From Elusimicrobiota bacterium (GTDB taxonomy: Bacteria; Elusimicrobiota; Elusimicrobia; UBA1565), in NCBI GenBank assembly GCA_041661185.1, contig JBAZUV010000001.1:35616-99615 (forward strand): 64,000 nt of DNA, written 5' to 3'. The position numbers and the translations under genes were made by a program. The notes below the pieces were generated by a model that was given only the letters and a program-made list of their open reading frames with translations, had not been told where the DNA came from and ran no database searches. Positions 14,022 to 22,466 of the stretch are shown piece by piece (position 1 is the first letter of the stretch; every line of letters begins with the position of its first letter).

Positions 14022-14250
14022 GGCTTTCCTCCAGGGGTTCGGCGCGCAGCTTCCCGCCTTCCTTGATGAGGACTTCGACGCGGTGCTTGGCCTCGTCGAG
14101 CCGCTTGTTGAGTCCCTGGGCGAGCTTCACGCCTTCTTCGAAGAGGGTCAGGGACTCCTCGAGCTCTTTTTGGCCGCCCTCGAGCTGGCCCACGATCTCT
14201 TCAAGCCGGTCCAGCCCTTTCTCGAAAGTCTCGGTCTTCTTCTCTTTCAT
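14011..14250 (-). CDS. xseB: exodeoxyribonuclease VII small subunit
   Basis: 79 aa. FEKGLDRLEEIVGQLEGG...LEESLTLFEEGVKLAQ.....L..A is the XseB pattern. It lies directly downstream of xseA. Confidence 0.9.
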   Translation of the reverse strand: MKEKKTETFEKGLDRLEEIVGQLEGGQKELEESLTLFEEGVKLAQGLNKRLDEAKHRVEVLIKEGGKLRAEPLEESHGQ

Positions 14251-14269
14251 GATCCTCTCCTCGCTCCTC

Positions 14270-14340
14270 GCCTCCCCGGCGGAAGCCGGGGCCCAGGTTT
14301 CGATGTGTTCCTGGATTCCGGCTTCCGCCGGAATGACGGA
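14270..14340. repeat. two copies (inverted relative to each other) of the dispersed GTCAYYCCGGCGRAAGCCGGRRYCCAG hairpin repeat
   Basis: CTCCCCGGCGGAAGCCGGGGCCCAGG (14270-14297) and CTGGATTCCGGCTTCCGCCGGAATGACGGA (14311-14340, reverse orientation) lie in the xseA-xseB spacer. Each forms a 7-8 bp stem with a GNRA-like loop. Confidence 0.8.
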
Positions 14341-14352
14341 TACGGCCTCAGC

Positions 14353-15654
14353 CTATTCTACGCGGGCCGTGAAATCTCCTTTGCATACGCGCACGCGCAC
14401 GCGTTCGTCCTTCTTGAGCTCCGCGGCGCTGTAGATGACCCGGCCGTCCTCGCGCTGGGCCACGGCATAGCCGCGGCCCAGCACGGCCAAAGGGCTCAGG
14501 GCGTCGAGCTTGCCCGCGCGAAGCGCCAGGTCCTTGCGCGCGTGCTCCATGCGCATGCCCATGCCCGCGGCCAGACGCTGGGGCCCGAGCCGGCGCAGGC
14601 GCTCGCCTAGGTGCAGGACGGCTTGGCGCAGGCTCTGCGGCAGACGGCCGAGCAATTCATCGACGCGCTGGGCGCGGTCCTCATAAAGTCTGCGTCCGTC
14701 GCGCAGGACCGGCGAGGACGTCAAGCGGGCCAGGGCCCGGGAGCGCTCCTCCCAAAGTCCGCGCAGGGCCGTGCGCAGACGATTGATCGAAAGGGCCAGG
14801 CTCTCTTGCAGGGCTTCTTTGTCCGGCGCGGCCAGTTCGGCCGCGGCCGAGGGCGTGGCCGCGCGCACGTCCGCGACAAAATCCGCGATCGTGAAGTCCG
14901 TCTCATGGCCCACGCAGGAAACGACCGGGATGACGGAGGCCGCGATGGCGCGGGCCACGGGCTCTTCGTTGAAGGCCCAGAGGTCTTCCAGGGACCCGCC
15001 TCCGCGGCCGACTAAGAGGACGTCCGTGTCCGGGAGGAATTCATTGAAGTCTTCTATGGCCTGCGCGATGCGCAGGGCCGCGCCCTCTCCCTGCACGGGC
15101 ACGGGCAGGATGCGCACGTGCAGTCCGTCGAATCTGCGGCGCAGTACGCTCAGGATGTCGCGCAGGGCCGCGCCCTGCAGAGAGGTCACCACGCCGATGC
15201 GCTCCGGGACCGCGGGCAGGGGACGCTTCCTTTCCTGCGCGAAGAGCCCTTCGGCTTCCAGCTTGGCCTTGAGCTGTTCAAAGGCGAGTTGCAGGCTGCC
15301 AGCGGATTTCGGCCGCATCTCCGAAACGATGAGCTGGGTGCGTCCGGAGCCAGGATAGTGGCTCACGCGGCCGCGCGCGAGCACTTCGAGTCCGTGCTCC
15401 AGCTTGAAGCGTACTCCCGAGGCTGCGCCCCGAAAGAGCACCGCCGCCAGTTGGGCCTGCGCATCCTTGAGCGTGAAATAGGTGTGGCCGGAGTCGTAGG
15501 CCTTGGGCTGGGAGATTTCTCCGCAGACCCAGACGTCCGAGAAACCGGCTTCCAAGAGCTCCCGCACCCCGCTGCTGATCTCAGAGATGGAGAGCGGCCG
15601 CTCCGGCGTGGACGCGAAGGGGAGTTCGGAAGGCTGAGAGGACCGTGTGTTCAT
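14353..15654 (-). CDS. xseA: exodeoxyribonuclease VII large subunit
   Basis: Track ORF 14353..15981 trimmed to MNTRSSQPSE at 15654 (ATGA overlap with the rarA stop). It has an OB-fold N-terminus (VWVCGEIS..K....GH.YFTLKD) and VLLVGRGGGSLEDLW.FNEE..ARAI..S.IPVVS.VGHETDFTI.D.VAD.RA.TPSAAAE. Confidence 0.92.
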   Translation of the reverse strand: MNTRSSQPSELPFASTPERPLSISEISSGVRELLEAGFSDVWVCGEISQPKAYDSGHTYFTLKDAQAQLAAVLFRGAASGVRFKLEHGLEVLARGRVSHYPGSGRTQLIVSEMRPKSAGSLQLAFEQLKAKLEAEGLFAQERKRPLPAVPERIGVVTSLQGAALRDILSVLRRRFDGLHVRILPVPVQGEGAALRIAQAIEDFNEFLPDTDVLLVGRGGGSLEDLWAFNEEPVARAIAASVIPVVSCVGHETDFTIADFVADVRAATPSAAAELAAPDKEALQESLALSINRLRTALRGLWEERSRALARLTSSPVLRDGRRLYEDRAQRVDELLGRLPQSLRQAVLHLGERLRRLGPQRLAAGMGMRMEHARKDLALRAGKLDALSPLAVLGRGYAVAQREDGRVIYSAAELKKDERVRVRVCKGDFTARVE

Positions 15655-16973
15655 GCGGTCTTCTTGCCTTTCTTGCGAAGCTTGCGCAGGCGCTCGGCCA
15701 TGGCCGCTTCCCCGCCTTCCTCGGTGGGCTCGTAGAAGGCCTTGGACTGGGGCATGTATTCCTGCGGCACATGGTGTCCCGGGAAATCGTGGGGGTACTT
15801 GTAGCCTTTCCCGTGGCCGCGGGTCTTGGCGTCCATGGAGGCGTCGCGCAGGTGCAGGGGGACATCCCGGCTCGGGCCTTCGCGCACCTCGCGCAGGGCC
15901 GCGTCCACTCCCAGGTAGGCGGCGTTGGACTTTGCCGCGCAGGCGATGAAGGTCACGGCTTGGGCCAGGGGGATGCGGCATTCCGGCATGCCCAGTACTT
16001 CCACGGACCGGAAAGCGGCCGAGGCCACGAGCAGGGCGCGGAAATCCGCGTTGCCCACGTCCTCGCTCGCGCAGATGAGCACGCGCCGTGCGATGAAGCG
16101 GGGGTCTTCTCCGGCTTCGAGCATCTTGGCCATCCAGTAGAGCGCGGCGTCCGGGTCCGAGCCCCGCATGGACTTGATGAAGGCGGAGATATGGTCGTAG
16201 TGCTCATCGGAGGATCGGTCGTAGCGCACGCTGCGATGCTGGATGGATTCCTCGGCGTTCTTAAGGTCTATGCCGCGGGTCCCGTCCATTCCCAGCGGGG
16301 TCGTGAGCGCGGCCAGTTCCACGGCATTGAGCAGGCGCCGGGCGTCTCCCTGCGCGCAGCGAAGAAGATGCGCGCGCGCGTCGGCTTCCAGGCGCAGATG
16401 CAGGCAGCCCACGCCGCGCTCCTCATCGGACAGGGCGCGGTCGAGGATCACGGCCAGGTCTTCCTCGCGATGCGGCTTGAATTCGAAGGCCGTGAAGCGC
16501 GAGAGAAGGGCCGCGTTGACGTAGAAAGAGGGGTTCTCGGTCGTCAGGCCGATGAGGGCCAGGTCTCCTCGCTCCACGAAGGGCAGGAGCACGTCCTGCT
16601 GGGTGCGGTTGAAGTGATGAATCTCATCGACGAGAAGGAGCGTGCGGCCGCCGGAGGCCAAGCGCATGCGCGCGGTCTCGACTGCCTGCTTGAGATCGGC
16701 CACCCCGGCGGCCACGGCGTTGAGCTCCAGCACCTGGGACTTCGTCTTGTCGGCAATGACGCGCGCCAAGGCGGTCTTGCCCGAGGCCGGAGGCCCGAAG
16801 AAGAGCACCGAGCCCACGCGGTCGGCCTCGATGAGCCTGCGCAGCATGCGGCCGGGGCCCAGCAGATGCTCCTGGCCCACGAACTCTTCAAGGCCGCGCG
16901 GGGCCATGCGGGCCGCCAGAGGCCGGTCCTTCAAGGGCGTTTCTTCGGGGAAGAGTCCTTTGCGCGCGCTCAA
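15651..16973 (-). CDS. rarA: replication-associated recombination protein A (AAA+ ATPase)
   Basis: Walker A FFGPPASGKTALA, LLLVDEIHHFNR.QQD.LLP.VE.G...LIG.TTENP and the MgsA C-terminal block HYD.ISAFIKS.RGSDPDAALYW.A.MLE.GEDP.FIARR. Confidence 0.95.
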   Translation of the reverse strand: MSARKGLFPEETPLKDRPLAARMAPRGLEEFVGQEHLLGPGRMLRRLIEADRVGSVLFFGPPASGKTALARVIADKTKSQVLELNAVAAGVADLKQAVETARMRLASGGRTLLLVDEIHHFNRTQQDVLLPFVERGDLALIGLTTENPSFYVNAALLSRFTAFEFKPHREEDLAVILDRALSDEERGVGCLHLRLEADARAHLLRCAQGDARRLLNAVELAALTTPLGMDGTRGIDLKNAEESIQHRSVRYDRSSDEHYDHISAFIKSMRGSDPDAALYWMAKMLEAGEDPRFIARRVLICASEDVGNADFRALLVASAAFRSVEVLGMPECRIPLAQAVTFIACAAKSNAAYLGVDAALREVREGPSRDVPLHLRDASMDAKTRGHGKGYKYPHDFPGHHVPQEYMPQSKAFYEPTEEGGEAAMAERLRKLRKKGKKTA

Positions 16974-17278
16974 GGGGTCGTAGCGCTCCGAGACTCCAAG
17001 GCGGACTGAAGAGAGACGATCATGGACTCCACGTTCTTCTCCTCGGAGCGGCTGAAGGTCTCGGTCTGCGAGCGCAGCTTCTGCAGGTCGGCTGCGAACT
17101 CGATGGCCGTGAGGATGGCGAGCTTGGAGGAGTCCACGGTCTTGGTCTGGCGTTCGAGCTCCTTCATCTTGTCGGTGACCTGCTGGGCCAAACCCAGGAT
17201 CTCCAGCTGGGTGAGCCCCTCGATCTCCAAGCGGAGCTTGCGGCCGTAGACCTCTACGTCGACTTTTTCATTGATCAT
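16970..17278 (-). CDS. zapA: cell division protein ZapA
   Basis: 102 aa. The V.V.VYGRKLRLE... N-terminus followed by a coiled-coil is typical of ZapA. Its stop overlaps the start of the downstream rarA by 4 nt, and its start overlaps the stop of the upstream coiled-coil gene by 4 nt. Confidence 0.85.
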   Translation of the reverse strand: MINEKVDVEVYGRKLRLEIEGLTQLEILGLAQQVTDKMKELERQTKTVDSSKLAILTAIEFAADLQKLRSQTETFSRSEEKNVESMIVSLQSALESRSATTP

Positions 17279-17529
17279 GAAGCGATCTCAAGGGCGCGGT
17301 CGAGCTTGTTGCCGAGCCGTTCCAGGCGCGCGCGCAGGCGGACCTGCCGTTCGCCCAGCTGGCGCAGGCGGCGCAGCTCCATCTCCAGGCGGCCGTTCTC
17401 CTCTTCGAGCCGCGCGTTCTCCGCGCGCGTCTTGGCCATGTCTTCTTCCAGCTTCTTGACGCGGCGGGACGCCTCGACGACGAGTTCTTTGAGCTGGCTG
17501 AGCTTGGCTTCGCGAGGTCCTGTAGCCAT
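17275..17529 (-). CDS. small coiled-coil protein (ZapB-like)
   Basis: 84 aa, heptad-rich and charged (LKELVVEASRRVKKLEEDMAKTRAENARLEEENGRLEMELRRL..). It sits immediately upstream of zapA and is translationally coupled to it. Confidence 0.6.
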   Translation of the reverse strand: MATGPREAKLSQLKELVVEASRRVKKLEEDMAKTRAENARLEEENGRLEMELRRLRQLGERQVRLRARLERLGNKLDRALEIAS

Positions 17530-17547
17530 GGGCTATGCAGGCATCCC

Positions 17548-19935
17548 TCAGCGCAGGCGGCCGCCGAGCTCGGTCTGGAGCAGGGCGAGAGCCTTCTCCA
17601 TGGAGGCCGCGACTTCCGCGTCCGTGAGGGTCCTCTCCAGCGAGGAGAAGCTCAGGCGCAGGGTCAGGCTGCGGTCCTCGGGAGCGATGCCTTTTCCGGT
17701 GAACACGTCCACGAGCTCCACGCGCGAAAGCATGGCGATGGAGAGACCGTGAAGGGCCGTTGCGATCTCTCCGTAGCTTCGGGTGCGGGGGAATAGCAGG
17801 GAAAGGTCGCGGACAACGGAGGGAAATGGAGAGACGGCCGCGGGCGAGCGGCGTTCGGCCTTGCCCGCGAGTTCGGCCAAGGCATCCAAGTCCACGGTGA
17901 GTCCCGCGGCAGGCCGTCCAGTCAGGTCGAAGGCCGCAAGCAGGCGAGGATCGAGCGAGCCGGCCCAGGACATGGCCGCTCCGTTCAGGGAAGCGCCCAC
18001 GCAGGCCTTTGGATGGAAGATGCTTCCTCCCTCGCAGGGCATGGGCGCCTGCGAAGCAGGCAAGAGGAGTTCCAGCAGGCCCTTGGCATCGTAGAAATCC
18101 GCGGGACGCGTCTTGTCTCGCCAATGCGGCCGCGCCAAGGACTCTCCGAGGAAGAGCGCGGAAAGGAAAGTCTTCTCCTGCACGGATTTCCCGTCTTCGC
18201 CGAGCGCGTAGACCCGTCCGATCTCGAAGAGGCGCAGGTTTTGCGCGCCGCGGTCCACGTTGTGCGCGGCCGCGCGCAGAAGGGCGGGCCACAGCGAGGT
18301 TCGCAGACGGGCCTGTTCGTCGGAAAGCGGGTTGCCGATCTGGGCGGAGCGCAGGGCGCCGCGTTCGCACCAAGCCAGGGCGGCCTCGCTGGAAAGATCG
18401 TAGTTGACGGCCTCGAAGAAGCCCTGCGCGGCCATGAGCGCGCGGGCCGTTGAGCAGGTCTTCACTATGGCAGGCTCGGGGTGCGCGGGCAGGGCCGCGG
18501 GCGCAGGCGCGTCCGGGATCGCATCGTAGCCGATGTGGCGGGCGACTTCCTCGGCAACGTCCTGCAGGATGCAAAGGTCGGGCCGCCAAGAGGGCGGATG
18601 CAGGACCCAGCCCTCGGCGGAGTCCTCCAGACGCTCGGATAAAGAGGAGAGCAGCGGCCTCAGTTGGGCGTTATCCAGGGAGGTTCCCAGTACACGATTG
18701 ATGTCCGCCGCGTTTAGGCGGATGGACGGAGTCTCGCGGCGGCCCGGATACGCGTCCACCGCGGCTCCGGCAGAGGGCTTGCCGCATAGGCGCATGATGA
18801 GCTCCGAGGCGCGCGCCGAGGCCAGGGCCGCGCATTCCGGATCGGTCCCGCGCTCAAAACGGTAGGAGGATTCCGAACGCAGCCCCAAGCGGCGGGAAGT
18901 CGCGCGCACCGAGCCGGGCTTGAAATGAGCCGCCTCTAAAAAGCAGGCAGTGGTCTTGTTCGTGGAGCCCGTGGGCATGGAGCCCATGACTCCGGCCAGG
19001 GCCACGGGCCCGGACTCGTCGGCGATGACGAGGTCCGAGTTCTGGAGCTCGTAGGTCTTGCCGTCCAAGGCCGGGAGCTTCTCTTGAGCGCGGGCGCGGC
19101 GCACGAAGAGCTTCTCGCCCTTGAGCGTCGCGGTGTCGAAGACATGCAGGGGATGGCCGTACTCGAAGAGCGCGTAGTTGGTGATGTCGACTAAAGCGTT
19201 GATGGGCTTCTGCCCGACGGATTCGAGCCTGCGGGCCAGCCAGCCCGGAGAAGCGCCCACGCGCAGGTTCTTGAACTCCCGGCCGATGTAGCGGCCGCAG
19301 AGCTCAGGCTCCGCGATCTCCACGGGCCGCGTGCGCACCGAGGCGTCCTCGGCGACGGCTGCACGTCGGGGAGGCGGCAGGGATTTGCGCAGGTGCACGC
19401 CGATCTCTCGGGCCAGGCCGAAGACCGAGAGGCAGTCGGGGCGGTTGGCCGTGACTTCGACTTCAAAGACCGTGTCCTTTTCCGCCAGCAGGGCCGCCGC
19501 GTCCGCGCCCACGGGGACGGCCTCGTCGAGTACCAGGATGCCCGAGGCTTCCCCGGAGAGCCCCAATTCGGAAGTCGAGCAGAGCATCCCCAGGGATTCC
19601 ACGCCGCGGATCTTGGTCTTGGAGATGAGGAATCCGCCGGGGAGCTTGGCGCCGGGCAGGGCGAAGGGCACTCGCTGTCCCTGGGCCACGTTGGGCGCTC
19701 CGCAGACCACGGAATATATCTCCTTGCCGTCGGAGACGCGGCACAAGGAGAGCCGGTCGGCGTTGGGGTGCTTCTGCACCTCCAGCACGTGGCCGATGAC
19801 CACTCCCGAGAACGCGGGTCCCAGGGCCTCCATGGAGTCCACGTCGAAGCCCAAGGACGGGAGCATGCGCAGAAGTTCGTCAGGCGAGAGCGGGACAGGC
19901 AGGAACTCCGAGAGCCAGCGGTGCGAGATCTTCAT
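17548..19935 (-). CDS. pheT: phenylalanine--tRNA ligase beta subunit
   Basis: 795 aa. MKISHRWLSEFL N-terminus, tRNA-binding domain (HPNADRL..C.V..G), B3/4 and B5 domains, and a C-terminal FDX-ACB-type block (..RDLSL...). It follows pheS. Confidence 0.95.
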   Translation of the reverse strand: MKISHRWLSEFLPVPLSPDELLRMLPSLGFDVDSMEALGPAFSGVVIGHVLEVQKHPNADRLSLCRVSDGKEIYSVVCGAPNVAQGQRVPFALPGAKLPGGFLISKTKIRGVESLGMLCSTSELGLSGEASGILVLDEAVPVGADAAALLAEKDTVFEVEVTANRPDCLSVFGLAREIGVHLRKSLPPPRRAAVAEDASVRTRPVEIAEPELCGRYIGREFKNLRVGASPGWLARRLESVGQKPINALVDITNYALFEYGHPLHVFDTATLKGEKLFVRRARAQEKLPALDGKTYELQNSDLVIADESGPVALAGVMGSMPTGSTNKTTACFLEAAHFKPGSVRATSRRLGLRSESSYRFERGTDPECAALASARASELIMRLCGKPSAGAAVDAYPGRRETPSIRLNAADINRVLGTSLDNAQLRPLLSSLSERLEDSAEGWVLHPPSWRPDLCILQDVAEEVARHIGYDAIPDAPAPAALPAHPEPAIVKTCSTARALMAAQGFFEAVNYDLSSEAALAWCERGALRSAQIGNPLSDEQARLRTSLWPALLRAAAHNVDRGAQNLRLFEIGRVYALGEDGKSVQEKTFLSALFLGESLARPHWRDKTRPADFYDAKGLLELLLPASQAPMPCEGGSIFHPKACVGASLNGAAMSWAGSLDPRLLAAFDLTGRPAAGLTVDLDALAELAGKAERRSPAAVSPFPSVVRDLSLLFPRTRSYGEIATALHGLSIAMLSRVELVDVFTGKGIAPEDRSLTLRLSFSSLERTLTDAEVAASMEKALALLQTELGGRLR

Positions 19936-20981
19936 TATTGCCAGCCCTCCAGGAAGCGGACGTCGTTCTGGTAGAACCAGCGGATATCCTGCACGCGGCC
20001 GCGCATCATGGCGATGCGCTCCACGCCCAGTCCCCAGGCATAGCCCGACCAGATCTCCGGATCATAGCCGGCGTTTCGCAGCACATTGGGGTGGACCATG
20101 CCCGCGCCCAGGACCTCGAGCCAGCCCAGGCGCTTGCAGACCGCGCAGCCTTCCCCGCGGCAGAGCGCGCACTGGATGTCCACCTGCGCGGAGGGTTCCG
20201 TGAAAGGGAAGAAAGAGGGCCGCAGGCGCATGCGGGTCTGGGGGCCGAAGAGGGCCTGCAAAAACGAGCGCAGCGTGCCCTTGAGGTCGGCCAGGCTGAC
20301 GTTCTTGTCCACGTAGAGGCCTTCGACTTGATGAAAGACTGAAGAGTGCGAGGCATCCGCGTTCTCATGGCGGAACACCCGGCCCGGGGACATGATGCGC
20401 ACGCTGGAGCAGGGGCGCATGCTTTGGAGCGTGCGGATCTGAACGGGGCTCGTGTGCGTGCGCAAAAGCAGGCTTCCCGGCGAGAGATAGAAGGTGTCGT
20501 GCGAGTCCTTGGCCGGATGATCGTCCGGGATGTTCAGGGCCGCGAAGTTGTGGAAGTCCGTTTCCACGTGAGGGCCTTCGGCCCAGGCGAAACCCATGCG
20601 GGAGAGGATGGCGCAGAGCTCGTCTAAGGTCCGAGTGAGCGGATGCAGGCGTCCGCAAGGGGAGGAGCTGCCGGGCAGGGAGAGGTCTATCTGCAGGGAG
20701 TCCAGATCCCGCTGGAGGGCTTCTTTCTCCAGAGCGGCCTTGCGCTCATCCAAGGCCTGCTCCATCTTCACGCGCAGGGTGTTGGCCATGGAGCCCAGCC
20801 TGCGCTTGTCTTCTACGGAGAGGTCCTTGAGGGATTTGAGGACGTTGGTCAGCGCGCCGTCCTTTCTGCCGAGCAGCTCCAAGCGCCGCGCTTCCAGGGA
20901 CTGCAGATCAGCGGCCGAACGCACGGACTCCAGACCGCTGTCGAGTCCTTGAAGCGCCGACTCGACTTGGTCTGGAGTCAT
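19935..20981 (-). CDS. pheS: phenylalanine--tRNA ligase alpha subunit
   Basis: Track ORF 19935..21266 trimmed to MTPDQVES at 20981. Class II motifs: HPL.......I....GF, LLRTHTSPVQIR, GRVFR.E..DA.H...FHQ.EG and FPFTEPS.......GW.E..G.GMV.P.V. Confidence 0.95.
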   Translation of the reverse strand: MTPDQVESALQGLDSGLESVRSAADLQSLEARRLELLGRKDGALTNVLKSLKDLSVEDKRRLGSMANTLRVKMEQALDERKAALEKEALQRDLDSLQIDLSLPGSSSPCGRLHPLTRTLDELCAILSRMGFAWAEGPHVETDFHNFAALNIPDDHPAKDSHDTFYLSPGSLLLRTHTSPVQIRTLQSMRPCSSVRIMSPGRVFRHENADASHSSVFHQVEGLYVDKNVSLADLKGTLRSFLQALFGPQTRMRLRPSFFPFTEPSAQVDIQCALCRGEGCAVCKRLGWLEVLGAGMVHPNVLRNAGYDPEIWSGYAWGLGVERIAMMRGRVQDIRWFYQNDVRFLEGWQ

Positions 20982-21007
20982 GAAGGGCCTCCGGCCCGTG
21001 AAGGGGT

Positions 21008-21355
21008 TTACGCGCCTTTCGAAAGCGTGACGAGCTGCTTGAAAGAGCCTTCGTCGTGCAGGGCCATTTCGGAGAGCATCTTGCGGTTGAGCGTGATGCC
21101 CGCGCGCTTGAGGCCGGCCATGAAGCGGCTGTAGGTCGTCTGCTCTTCGCGGCAAGCCGCGTTGATGCGGGTGACCCAGAGAGAGCGGTATTCGCCCTTG
21201 CGGTCCTTGCGGCCCGTGTAGGCGTGGTTCAAGGACTTTTCGACCTGCTGCTTGACTATGCGCCAACGGTTCTTCTTGTTGGAGTAATAGCCCTTGGCGA
21301 GCTTAAAGTACTTCTTCTTGTGTTTGCGGGTGGTGACGCCGGGTTTGATTCTCAT
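21008..21355 (-). CDS. rplT: 50S ribosomal protein L20
   Basis: MRIKPGVTTRKHKKKYFKLAKGYY....N..R.VKQQV.KSL.HAY..RK.RK...RSLW..RINAA.R is canonical L20. Confidence 0.97.
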   Translation of the reverse strand: MRIKPGVTTRKHKKKYFKLAKGYYSNKKNRWRIVKQQVEKSLNHAYTGRKDRKGEYRSLWVTRINAACREEQTTYSRFMAGLKRAGITLNRKMLSEMALHDEGSFKQLVTLSKGA

Positions 21356-21361
21356 GGTCTC

Positions 21362-21559
21362 TCAAGCGTACGGGAGCAGTTTGCGGATCTTCTCACCGTC
21401 GACTTTATTAAGGTAGCTGTCGGTGCGGAGGCTGCGGCCGGTCTTCGAGGGCATGGGCGTGAGCAGATGCCGCAGGCCGGCGCGCTTGAACTTCCACTTA
21501 CCGGAAGCGGTCTTCAGAAAACGTTTCTTTGCGCCGCTGTGACTCTTGATCTTCGGCAT
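21362..21559 (-). CDS. rpmI: 50S ribosomal protein L35
   Basis: MPKIKSHSGAKKRFLKTASGKWKFKRAGLRHLL is canonical L35. It lies between infC and rplT. Confidence 0.95.
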   Translation of the reverse strand: MPKIKSHSGAKKRFLKTASGKWKFKRAGLRHLLTPMPSKTGRSLRTDSYLNKVDGEKIRKLLPYA

Positions 21560-21605
21560 GATGACTGGCTCCTTCCTGTGCGGCGCGGCCTTGCGGACCG
21601 ATCGC

Positions 21606-22106
21606 CTAGTGCTTGGGCGTCAGCGTCATGAACAGCCGGTTCCTGTCTTTCAGGGGCTGCTGTTCGACGCTCGCGATCTCCGCGAGACGCTCCTGGATGC
21701 TCTTAAGCAGGTTGAGGCCCAGGTCCTGGTGCTGCATCTGCCGTCCACGGAAGAAGACCGTGACGCGGACCTTGTCGCGGGCCTTCAAGAACTCCTGGAT
21801 GTGCCGGACCTTGACGTCCAGGTCGTGCGCGCCGATGACGGGGCTGAATCGCACTTCCTTGAGGATGCCGGCCTTCTGGTTCTTGCGGGCCTCGCGTTCC
21901 TTCTTCTCCTGCTCGTACTTGAACTTCGCGAAATCCAAAAGCTTGCAGACCGGAGGGTTTGCGTTCGGGGCTACTTCGACAAGATCCAGTCCTCGGCTGC
22001 GAGCCAAGCTCAGAGCCTCGGGGGTGGATTTTATCCCGAGCTGCGTTCCTTCGTTGTCGATCAAGCGGACGGTAGCCGTCCGGATCTGCTGGTTAACGCG
22101 TGTCAA
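21606..22106 (-). CDS. infC: translation initiation factor IF-3 (start codon non-ATG; true start may be further upstream)
   Basis: VNQQIR...VRLID.EG.QLGI......AL..A...GLDLVEV.P.A.PPVCKLLDF.KFKYE and the C-terminal domain KEVRF.P.I..HD...K......FL..GDKVRV..FFRGR...H are canonical. The track start at 22106 is a TTG. An in-frame ATT at 22145 is the first codon after the upstream stop. Confidence 0.93.
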   Translation of the reverse strand: MTRVNQQIRTATVRLIDNEGTQLGIKSTPEALSLARSRGLDLVEVAPNANPPVCKLLDFAKFKYEQEKKEREARKNQKAGILKEVRFSPVIGAHDLDVKVRHIQEFLKARDKVRVTVFFRGRQMQHQDLGLNLLKSIQERLAEIASVEQQPLKDRNRLFMTLTPKH

Positions 22107-22187
22107 GCGAAGAGAACTATACCATCTTTCGTCGAAATGGTCAATCTAATATCTCGACCTCACCCATTTTTGTGGGCGGGGCCCGAC

Positions 22188-22314
22188 GCGCAGGGGATGC
22201 ACTCTCCCTTCCCCCGCACCCCTGGGAACCAGTTTCCCCCAAACCCGCGGCGTGAGCGACTCGGGCAATGGCGGGGCCCCCCTCTACGGGAGCGGGAGAG
22301 TGCATCTCCTGCGC
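22188..22314. repeat. 127-bp long palindromic element (21-bp terminal inverted arms)
   Basis: GCGCAGGGGATGCACTCTCCC (22188-22208) pairs with GGGAGAGTGCATCTCCTGCGC (22294-22314) with one mismatch. It lies in the infC-upstream / hybrid-kinase-downstream spacer. Confidence 0.6.
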
Positions 22315-22466
22315 GCCTTCCGCTGGTTTCTTTGGGTGAGTTCGAGTCGGGGGCAGGGGTCGTTCGTTAAGGACGGTCGTTTCTGAGAATTCTTCTTCCC
22401 TGCTTTATTGTCAGCGGCTTCAACAGGAAAACGATCTCGTTGAAAATAGTGAGATGTCAGCGAGCG

